Source: Aigarchaeota archaeon (GTDB taxonomy: Archaea > Thermoproteota > Nitrososphaeria_A > Caldarchaeales > Wolframiiraptoraceae). From it: a stretch of 64,000 nt of DNA. Within the stretch, counting starts at the first letter, position 1; each line of letters opens with the position of its first letter. Both the position numbers and the translations under genes were made by a program. Location of the stretch: NCBI GenBank assembly GCA_025058515.1, contig JANXDW010000006.1, forward strand, positions 9,050-73,049, read 5' to 3'. The notes under the pieces are model-generated. The model made no database searches and was not told the origin of the DNA. It saw only the letters and a program-made list of their open reading frames with translations. This document shows, piece by piece, positions 1-8,703 of the stretch.

Positions 1-200
1 CTGACAAGATTATAACCGCAATTGATCTACTCTCCCACCTCTCTCTAACATCATCGGACATCGAGATTCTACCATCACCGTAATGTAATGTTTTATATTC
101 TGTAAATAATTATATATAAGGATTTTTCCATTAAATATTAATTTCAACTATGATTCAATCAATTTATAGAAGATTATAAAAGATAAGACTCTGAAGATCG

Positions 201-2231
201 TTGATGATATCATTGAAGAAGATCCACTTATTACCGATAACAATATTAATAGTTCTCACGATAATCCAATCTTATCCACTGTTATATGGTAAGTATACGT
301 GGAATACAGGCTCGATAGAATCTGCATACATAGCTCAGTCTAGAATGCTTTCTGAGAATTTTCCCGTACCTGGATGGAATCCTCTCTGGTATGGTGGACA
401 CCCCTTCAAACTATCTTACTCACCAGGTTTTCTATATGTTGTACAATTAGCTTCAATACTTCTAGGAGTAGATATACCAGAAGCCTATAGAAGAGTCACA
501 GTTCTAACTTTGATTATACTTCCATTGACCATCTACTTCTTCATCTACTCACTATCTCGCTCAGTACTGGCTGGATCTTTATCCAGCATAATCTATCTCT
601 GTTTCCCATCGATTCATAGATTGATTTATGTTTATCCAGATATGCAGCCCTATCCCGACCATATAACACTTATCGGATTATATGGTGAGACACCCCACCT
701 CCTAGGATTATCATTAGCTTTAATCACGGTAACATTATTCTACCATCACGTAGAATCCAGAGAGAAGATCTATCTCATGATCATCGTCTTTATTATCGCA
801 TTCGTTAACATGGTCAATCTGATTGCGGCCGTATCCCTTCTGATATTCCTCTTATCTATAGCCGTTTTATCAGGATGGGGCGCCTTCAAAAAATTCCTAA
901 TTTTATACTTCTTCGGATGGGGACTCTGTTTATTCGTTTATGATTATGAGTATCTAAATGCTCTAACAATCTATCTACAGTTAACAATGAATAAGCAGAC
1001 TCTAACGACTCCATACATAGTTGTAATAATATTGGTTTTATCATCTACATTTGCTTTGGCCAGATTTCTGCAATCTAAAACAGGTATGAAAGCTTTAGCA
1101 GCAACACTGCCACTGGCAGTAGTGTTCTTGCTAGTAGTTGGCTTTAACAGATTTGCCGGTATAGAACTACTACCTCAAGCCATAAGATACAATCCAGAAT
1201 TCGATATCTCATTATATGGATTAGCAGTCTCTCTGTTATTCTTCTCACTTAATAGATTAAGGAGATACAGTGTTGTAGTCATAACAGTATTGCTGGCGGT
1301 CGCCATAATCTACTATGCTGAAGGATTACACTCTGCATGGAACATTTATAGAGTAGGTGACCATGAAATAGAAGATTCCTTAGAGAAGAAGATTGCAGAC
1401 TTTATCAACGAGCTGCCTGGAGATAGGTTCGGTCCACGAGTATATTCTACTGGCTCGATAGCATTCTGGCTAAACGTCTTCAATGGTAAACCACAGGTTA
1501 GAGGAGGATTCGACGAAGTCCCAGGAAGCATAAATCCTATGTGGGCTCATATCTCATATTTTGTTAATAATAGCCCCAACAGTACTCTTAGCATTAAATG
1601 GCTTAAAGCATTCAATGTAAGATACGTTATCGTAGATTTCCCATCAGCCCGCTTACCCTACAAAGACTATAGATATCCAGAAAAGTTTGAGAATAAACTC
1701 AATGTAATAAGAGATACTGATAATGTTAAAGTATATGAAGTTCCATTAGATGATTCTAGACCAATACAGCTTGTAAAGAAGACTGATCATATACCTATCC
1801 TTAGAGATATACAAGATATACAGAGTCTGGAAAGGTATCTTGAATTGATCGAAGATATGAAGTGTGGCCATAGCTTATATTATAATGTAGTTTCTAACAA
1901 CTTAATTGATGTAGAGATTAAGGAGCTTGGAGAAGACTGCTATCTTATCTTCAAAGTCAACTATGATAATGGGTGGAGAGCTTATCTAGATAAAGTAGAG
2001 TTGAAACCTAATCTAATCGGTCCAGGTTTCATCTACTATAACTTGAGTGGGGTTAGAGGAGATGTTAAGATCATGATAAGATATGTGGGTGAGAATGCTC
2101 TCAACTGGGTTTTTAACATGCTATCTATCATCTTTCTGGCGATGACTATATTATACTTCTTCGTGATGGAGAATAGGATCGTTTTAGGTAGAAGTCTTAT
2201 AAGATTCAAAAAATATATTCAGGCCAAGTAG
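201..2231 (+). CDS. Large polytopic membrane protein: about 11-13 predicted TM helices at the N-terminus plus a soluble C-terminal domain; possibly a GT-C-like glycosyltransferase. Paralog of 2875..5468.
   Basis: 676-aa ORF with long hydrophobic N-terminal half and a hydrophilic C-terminal half. The segment SENFPVPGWNPLWYGGHPFKLSYSPGF and PHLLGLSLALITVTLFYHHVESREKIYLMI are clearly paralogous to the downstream ORF pair 2875-5468. No AglB WWDYG motif, so function is left open. Confidence 0.5.
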   Translation: MMISLKKIHLLPITILIVLTIIQSYPLLYGKYTWNTGSIESAYIAQSRMLSENFPVPGWNPLWYGGHPFKLSYSPGFLYVVQLASILLGVDIPEAYRRVTVLTLIILPLTIYFFIYSLSRSVLAGSLSSIIYLCFPSIHRLIYVYPDMQPYPDHITLIGLYGETPHLLGLSLALITVTLFYHHVESREKIYLMIIVFIIAFVNMVNLIAAVSLLIFLLSIAVLSGWGAFKKFLILYFFGWGLCLFVYDYEYLNALTIYLQLTMNKQTLTTPYIVVIILVLSSTFALARFLQSKTGMKALAATLPLAVVFLLVVGFNRFAGIELLPQAIRYNPEFDISLYGLAVSLLFFSLNRLRRYSVVVITVLLAVAIIYYAEGLHSAWNIYRVGDHEIEDSLEKKIADFINELPGDRFGPRVYSTGSIAFWLNVFNGKPQVRGGFDEVPGSINPMWAHISYFVNNSPNSTLSIKWLKAFNVRYVIVDFPSARLPYKDYRYPEKFENKLNVIRDTDNVKVYEVPLDDSRPIQLVKKTDHIPILRDIQDIQSLERYLELIEDMKCGHSLYYNVVSNNLIDVEIKELGEDCYLIFKVNYDNGWRAYLDKVELKPNLIGPGFIYYNLSGVRGDVKIMIRYVGENALNWVFNMLSIIFLAMTILYFFVMENRIVLGRSLIRFKKYIQAK

Positions 2232-2807
2232 GAAGCACTTAACCTTAATCTTTGGAAAAATCTTTAACATCTCTCTTATCTGTCTGCTTGTATAGTTTCT
2301 ATGGAAAGGTTCAGAGACTGGACAAGTCGTAAGGAGATATCTTCTAAAACGCCATACTGGATGTATGCTGGGCACGGTCCCAATAAAAACACCCTCATCT
2401 TTTAAAACTCTGTAAAATTCTCTGATAGCCTTCTCAGGTGATGGTAGATGTTCTAAAACTTCAGTACAGCTTACAATGCTGACACAATTATCTCTAAATG
2501 GTAAATGTTCTAAGTCTGCTTGTATAAGCTCTTTATCTCTTAATCTAGACTGAAGTCTTCTCAGATTCCAAAGATTTAGATCTACTCCTACAACAGGTGG
2601 ATGCATATGGATGGTAATCAATCCAGTGCCGCAGCCTGCATCAAGTATCCAGCTAGACCGTTTAATCTTTTGAAGATTCTTTAAATAAACTATAGCTCTA
2701 AGACGGTGATATATCTTCTCAAGTCTTCTAGGGTCAGTAAGCCAATCATACCGTTCTTCATTTATGTAATAAGACTTGACCTTACGACTCTGTAAAAAAC
2801 GATCCAA
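2184..2807 (-). CDS. Class I SAM-dependent methyltransferase
   Basis: Motif I SWILDAGCGTGLITI (Rossmann GxGxG) followed by an acidic residue and motif-II-like segments. 207 aa. Convergently overlaps the 3' end of ORF 201-2231 by 48 nt. Confidence 0.7.
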   Translation of the reverse strand: MDRFLQSRKVKSYYINEERYDWLTDPRRLEKIYHRLRAIVYLKNLQKIKRSSWILDAGCGTGLITIHMHPPVVGVDLNLWNLRRLQSRLRDKELIQADLEHLPFRDNCVSIVSCTEVLEHLPSPEKAIREFYRVLKDEGVFIGTVPSIHPVWRFRRYLLTTCPVSEPFHRNYTSRQIREMLKIFPKIKVKCFLLGLNIFFESYKTST

Positions 2808-2874
2808 TTCGTGAAATTGTATTAAAGATTATATTTAAATTTTTCAAAATTAACAGTTCTTAATTACGAAGATT

Positions 2875-5468
2875 ATGGAGATAAGTATTAGAAATCAAAA
2901 TTTAAGATATTCAACAATTATTTTCATACTTATCATATTATCTTACAGTGTGGTGCTGTATTACATATTGCATAATTTTATGGGGTTCCCAGAGATGGCC
3001 TTGGGAGTTGATGCAGTACCTCATTCTGCAAAAATCCACATAATCAAGTCTCTAGGGTTTGAAGGATTCAGATGGTTTCCAACATATTATTTTGGGAATC
3101 CGCATTTTACTTTCTATACACCCTCCACATATATACTTCCTGCAATCGTGACCATTATTCTTGATTTAAACCATCTACAGATCATACAACTTTTAAACTG
3201 GATGTCTTTCTTCTCTGCAATCCTTATTCTAGCTGGGATAATATCATTTCTTTCATACGTAATAAAAGGTAGCAATAAGGTCATGCCAATAATCGGCGCC
3301 AGCCTCTTCCTGACATCTTCTCCAGGTCTAATGGAACCATGGTTATGGGGTGGAAATTTCCAGAATTTCTTACTTTACCAGCTATCCCTTGGAGTCTGCT
3401 ATTAATCGAGAAATGGTTACGAACGAGTAAAAGAATTTATCTGATAGGTTATCTGGTCATCGCCTCTTTCTCTATTATGGGGCATCAAGCAGTTGGTGGA
3501 TTTCTAGTATTTTCAACACTTCTATGGATACTTAGTGATGAGATAAAATGGAAGGTTAAAATGAAGAGAACAGTACTTTTACTGACCTCTTTAGTATGTC
3601 TGACCATTGTATACTTTGTACCATTACTTTACTTCGAGCTGACGACAAAGATACGTCCAGGGATAGTGGAAGATCTACCTTATCCATTTAATATAGGTGA
3701 TTATTTTCCAGTCTTCATGTTGATAGAGATACCTTCACTGCCCATGATCGGTAGTTCTCTACCAGGATCGCCCATACTTCTATTTTTTACATATTATATT
3801 TATTATCTTATAAAGAGAGATCATAAGATCTTTTTGAAGCGAGTAGTCGTTATCTCACTGATTCCAATCTTACTTATTGTACACTTTTTCTTAACTACTC
3901 AAAAAATCGTTCCCTGGATCGCTGGATTTCATCCTGCACGGTATATGGTATTCGTAACAATTTTTTCCTCTATAGTCTTAGGCATAATTTTATCGGATAT
4001 TAGGAGAAAACATCTATATACTTTCCTCATACTGACAATATTAATCATATCTCTTCACTATATTTTTCTTCCATCATATGAACTTCATAAAATGCACTCG
4101 GTAAATCTTTCATCTATAAATGAGTTTAAACTTATCGATGAATTACAGTTATCGATTTTCGGTAATCATTTCCGGATAGGAGGGGTAAAAGATGCCCTAT
4201 TCAATACTATCTCTTTGTTAAAACCGGATTATTACATATCGAGAGGTTATTACGCTCACGGCATATTATATCTTGATTGGCAGTATTGGTTCGAATATAC
4301 TCTATCAAGTCTTCCACATAACCCTAGTAACGAAAATACTTTAATGCATCTTCTCGATTGGGGTTCTATAAGATACTTAGGACTTACCGATTCTGAAGAA
4401 GGCTTTAAAATCGCTGAAGAAAAGTTTAGACCTATTGGTAAACTAGGCGACTTTACGATATTTGAGAACGACTTGGCACCACCTATCTCTGAATTTCTAT
4501 ATGATGGAGCGGTACTGGTTTTCGCCGATTATGAAGGTTACGATGTCTTGTTAAGATCTATTTCCATTAGTAACTATAGTAAACCTGCTCCAATCATCGT
4601 CTGGGCTGAGGGAAGATGTATTGATGATGTTCCAATCGATGTTTTGGAGAAGTTTTCTGTAACAGTTCTCTATAGGTATTGTTATCGAGATAGAGTGAAA
4701 GCTTTCCAGATTCTTGAACACTATGTTTCAGCCGGTGGCAGATTGTTTATAGAGACCATGTCATCTACTGATGAATCTTCTGAGATGCCTTCACCGATAC
4801 CAGTCTCGAAGACCCATAGGGCCATAATAGAAGATGACTGGAACTTTAAGATAGCTGAGCATAGCTTGACAGTCAGTATCTCAAATAATATCTTTTCTCC
4901 ACCAATGTATGATGGTGGACCCTGGGGTGTTAGTTCATCAAATCTAGAATATCTCAGAGATGGGGCTGAGCCTCTCCTGAAATCTAACGGTAGAGTCTTA
5001 GTTGCTTACATTAGATATGGGTATGGAGAGGTTGTCTGGTCTGGGATGAATCTACCATACCATGTTCTAGCATATCAGAATATTGCTGAAGCAGACTTCA
5101 TGAGAAGACTGATAATGTATAATGTGAGTGTTGAGATCGAGCCTGCTCAGATGTATAGAGATTCAGCTACATCTATATTGTTTAAAATACCGTCTAAGGT
5201 CAAAGGCATAATCTTTAGAGAAAGGTATATCTCGAACCTCGTATTTAGCTGGAAGGCTTCAGACTCTAAAGGAGAGCTAGATATTTTTATGATGGGTCCA
5301 GGGTTTAACTATATAGTCATCAAGGATACATATGGGAAAGTTGAAGATATTAGGCTTGTACTAGAGGATGGACCTCTTAGAACCAGCTCGATAATATTAT
5401 CACTCTCTACATTATTCTTACTTGTATACATGTCTCTAGACCATACTAAGAAGGAAAAAAGATCTTAA
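2875..5468 (+). CDS. Large polytopic membrane protein, paralog of 201..2231, encoded as two overlapping ORFs (2875..3405 and 3339..5468). A -1 frameshift at the heptamer A_AAT_TTC (3354..3360) is needed to fuse them into one protein of about 864 aa.
   Basis: Homology to ORF1 runs continuously across the frame change. ORF-A ...EPWLWGGNF followed by ORF-B PEFLTLPAIPWSLLLIEKWLRTSKRIYL matches ORF1 ...GLYGETPHLLGLSLALITVTLFYHHVESREKIYL. Frame B equals frame A minus 1. The slippery heptamer sits exactly at the junction. Confidence 0.5.
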
Positions 5469-5947
5469 CATTTTTACCTCTTTTTTATTTCTAAAAATGT
5501 ATTATCAAATACTGTTAAAGCTTTCACATGGAGGATTATTGACCCAGAATCTGAAGACTGGTCTACAGTAGACGTTGTTATTATAATAGTCTAAAGAATA
5601 GATTCTCTAAAGATGACTTATTGTTCTTCTCAATGAAGAAAGAAGTAGATTTATTTATAGGCTATTCAAATATCGCCTCGGTTGAGGATCTATTAGATAT
5701 AGAAGACTTGGATAAGAGAGAACTCTGTATAAAAATGGTTGGCGTAAGAAGATAGAATATAGTGAAGTCTATAGATTTAAGATAAATCTTCCATTACATC
5801 TAGCATTTCCAGGTCTTCATAGACTTGGTAGAGCACTAGATAGATTAGAACTCAGTCTAATCGAGGTTGAGAAAATATTCAATCTTGAAGATATTATTCT
5901 GAAACATCTAGAGATACAAAGAATACATGCTCGGAAAAGTAGACTAT

Positions 5948-6751
5948 TCAACGAACTCTAATCTTATCATGAACATGAGTGGTTTCTTTTGGAAGTGGTA
6001 GATCTGTAAAGATCTCTTTCAAATGATTTGTGTATCTGCTAGATGAACTGAAGATCCTTGAGATATCTATCCCTGATGATGTTTCAGGTATAGTAGGGAC
6101 CGTTACGTAGGCTCCACCAAAATATTCTTTAAACTCTTTCTCGAACTTCTTAACAGTCGAGCTGGTTTGATCGTAAAAGTTGATTACAGGTTTAATAGAA
6201 CATTTAAAATGTGAATAGATATTCTCCATTCTATCTTTGAAGATCTTAAATTCGTAAAGGCTCGGCCTCAGAACATATATCACAAAATCCGAGATATAGC
6301 TTACTACTGCTAAAGTATAGAACATCCACGGTGGAGTATCAATTACTACATAGTCTAGAGGTTCATCTCTGATAATCCATCTCTCACGTTCTAAAGCCTT
6401 AACAATTCTCTTATCTTTTTCTGCATCTAGAATTTCCATCCTTCTTCTAGCACCTTCAGAAGTGTTTGCATAGATTGCATAAAGGCTCTGAGATGGTAGA
6501 CCAGCGGTGTCGCTTACGTCTATCGAAGCTTCTTCTATCGAGGCTTCACCCGTTATCCAATCATTAGACCATTTTGCAACATGTCTCTCTATAGGGATAA
6601 GATGTTCAAGCACAGGATTTAAGAAGTCTGCCTCGACATAGAGTGTCCTACCTCTTCGAGCTAAATTGTATGCAAGTGTTAAAGCTACTGATGTAGCTCC
6701 AGAGCCACCTCTAGAATGTTGTACAGAGAAAACCACCGGCAAAATGATCAT
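5948..6751 (-). CDS. ParA/MinD-like P-loop protein (SIMIBI class) with degenerate Walker A, probably ATPase-dead
   Basis: N-terminal SRGGSGATSVALTLAYNLARRGRTLYVEADF aligns to the ParA/MinD KGGVGKTT...VLLVDAD pattern, but both the signature Lys and the P-loop Lys are replaced (R and A). A later VVIDTPPW motif is equivalent to the ParA Walker B region. Confidence 0.5.
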   Translation of the reverse strand: MIILPVVFSVQHSRGGSGATSVALTLAYNLARRGRTLYVEADFLNPVLEHLIPIERHVAKWSNDWITGEASIEEASIDVSDTAGLPSQSLYAIYANTSEGARRRMEILDAEKDKRIVKALERERWIIRDEPLDYVVIDTPPWMFYTLAVVSYISDFVIYVLRPSLYEFKIFKDRMENIYSHFKCSIKPVINFYDQTSSTVKKFEKEFKEYFGGAYVTVPTIPETSSGIDISRIFSSSSRYTNHLKEIFTDLPLPKETTHVHDKIRVR

Positions 6752-7359
6752 GTATATGAAGTAACTCTAGTTTAAAAATCTAAAAATGGTAGATTATCAT
6801 TTTTTACAAAATCTTAAATCATTTATGTAATAATGTTGATTAAACTAACGGTCTACGAAGGTGTGAGTATCTCTCTACTTGTTTCTTCACGATTCGACAG
6901 TTTAACGAGCGTTCTCCATCTTCTTATGATTTAAAAAGTCTATTGATGAAAGTAGGAATTTTGCTGATCAATTATCTAATGATTATGTTGAGTTCTAGGA
7001 ATGAATATGGAGAAAGCATAATCTTCTATCTTCAAGCTTCTCATTGATTTTTACTATTTCTAGTGACGTTAATCACTTTTAGATATTAAGATTAGCAGAA
7101 TCTCTATATCTTTCAAGATAATTTTTCTACAACTTTCATGATAATGAAAAAAGTTATTCTTAAGAGATATTATCTATGTTTTTGATTATAAGGTCTTCTA
7201 TAATAAATAGATCTCCTCTACACTTTTAATGAAATCGTATATTCTTTGCTATTATAGGTCTTCAGTGAAGATAACTTTTATAAATGAGGTTAACAAATTT
7301 ATAAAAAGTTCTTTTAATTTGGCAAAAATGTTATATAATACTAGAGGAGATTATGTTAT

Positions 7360-7503
7360 ATGCAATTAGAGGAGTTTGCATTAAAATTGGGCCTATCCAA
7401 AGAACTGCTAACAATACTATTGATACAAGCAGCGATAACAGCAGTAATGTTAGCTTTAGGAATTGAAGTCTTAGGTACAAAATCTGGTAAAGTACCATCT
7501 TAA
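7360..7503 (+). CDS. Small hypothetical protein (47 aa) with one predicted TM helix; speculative
   Basis: Read directly from sequence: ATG at 7360 preceded by GGAGA about 10 nt upstream. Translation is MQLEEFALKLGLSKELLTILLIQAAITAVMLALGIEVLGTKSGKVPS. Below the 60-aa cut-off of the ORF track. Lies in an otherwise 750-bp noncoding stretch. Confidence 0.2.
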   Translation: MQLEEFALKLGLSKELLTILLIQAAITAVMLALGIEVLGTKSGKVPS

Positions 7504-7505
7504 AA

Positions 7506-8549
7506 CTACTTAAACAATCTTACTTTCTCTAATATTTTTTCAGTTATTAGATCGAAGACATTTATCCAGCCTTTATTATCATTATACGGTAGTCCATCGC
7601 AGAGAAAGTTTGCAGTGTGCTTCATGCTTAGGAAGTCGAATAATTCAATATTCATTCTCTCATTCATATATCTAACAGTCTTGTAAAATCCTAATGATGG
7701 AATAAACAACATAACATAATATTTTCTATCATCGGTCTTCATCTCCAAGTGGCTAAATGGGATGTTAAGCATTGTCTTACGAGATATCTCATCAAAAGAT
7801 GATCCTACTATCAATGGTACTGAGACCAGTTCAGGATTTTCTTTAGGTATCCATAATAACCCATACATGTATATTGTTTTCTTTATTTTTTCATAATGTC
7901 TCTTGATCGTTTGTCTCGTTACATTCAAGTAATTCGCTAGTTCAGTATATTTTACAAAAGCATTCTCATTTAATTTTGCAAGTATCTTTAAGTCTAGAGA
8001 TGTTAGATTCTCGAATCCAGTTGGTATCTCATAAATCTCATGTATTTCTTCACTTTTATGTTCATCCCAATTAAGAGACCACACTCCTCGATTAAAATCA
8101 AAGCAATTAGTTCTAAATGGGATCAATCTTCTATATTCTAATTTATTAATGGTGTACCTTCTAAGTAATTTTAAATCGATTAATCTATCTAGAAAATTTA
8201 TGAATGAGTCTTGGAAAGATGGAGGTATCGAGAATATTGTTAAGAATTTTCTTTCTTTCATGAGGTATGTATAGTAATTTAGGTATGCTCTCTCCCCGAG
8301 TAAGTCTAATAGACTACACATATACTCGAGAGGTAATGATGTTTCTATTAGCACTAGGTATCTTTGTAACCCTAGTAGTCCATAGTTTATTGCTGCACGA
8401 ACTATGAATCCTAGTCTCGGCAATTTCTCCCGTAGAATGTATCTTACAGTCGTTACTGGCACTCCTGTTTCTTTAGAGATCTTTGAATATCTTGGACCAT
8501 AATTCATTAATGCTTTTACAACTTCTCTACTTGGGTCAGTATATTGCAT
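7506..8549 (-). CDS. Transcriptional regulator with two AsnC/Lrp-type HTH modules
   Basis: N-terminal VKALMNYGPRYSKISKETGVPVTTVRYILREKL and a second module DLKILAKLNENAFVKYTELANYLNVTRQTIKRHYEKI both match the AsnC-type HTH pattern (HTH_24-like). Each is followed by about 100 aa of unknown fold. Confidence 0.5.
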   Translation of the reverse strand: MQYTDPSREVVKALMNYGPRYSKISKETGVPVTTVRYILREKLPRLGFIVRAAINYGLLGLQRYLVLIETSLPLEYMCSLLDLLGERAYLNYYTYLMKERKFLTIFSIPPSFQDSFINFLDRLIDLKLLRRYTINKLEYRRLIPFRTNCFDFNRGVWSLNWDEHKSEEIHEIYEIPTGFENLTSLDLKILAKLNENAFVKYTELANYLNVTRQTIKRHYEKIKKTIYMYGLLWIPKENPELVSVPLIVGSSFDEISRKTMLNIPFSHLEMKTDDRKYYVMLFIPSLGFYKTVRYMNERMNIELFDFLSMKHTANFLCDGLPYNDNKGWINVFDLITEKILEKVRLFK

Positions 8550-8703
8550 ATTCTTTCCCTTTTTTTAACATATTTTATTTTATTTAAATTTTTGTTATAC
8601 TGATGCATTTTATTAGAGAATTCATGCTCAGATGAACATTTACGTACATTTCTAACTTATATTTTTAATTAATTTTTAATTAAATTTTTAGGTCGATGAT
8701 TTA

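Noticed and set aside
1346-1531. Short antisense or overlapping ORFs embedded within well-supported genes
   Set aside because: Examples are 1346-1531, 11363-11578, 11946-12317, 13362-13673, 14573-15022, 15749-16003, 17250-17528, 21118-21426, 25520-26430, 28986-29957, 31030-31431, 35257-35439, 39347-40211, 46877-47458, 54295-54498, 55020-55484, 57024-57656 and 62046-63539. All lie antisense to or out of frame within strongly supported genes. They have low-complexity or Ser/Leu-rich composition typical of spurious ORFs in AT-rich DNA, and none shows a recognisable motif.
201-5468. Assigning the paralogous membrane proteins as AglB oligosaccharyltransferases
   Set aside because: No WWDYG, DK/MI or DxD motifs of AglB/STT3 could be found; only the general GT-C-like topology is shared. 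They are left as uncharacterised.
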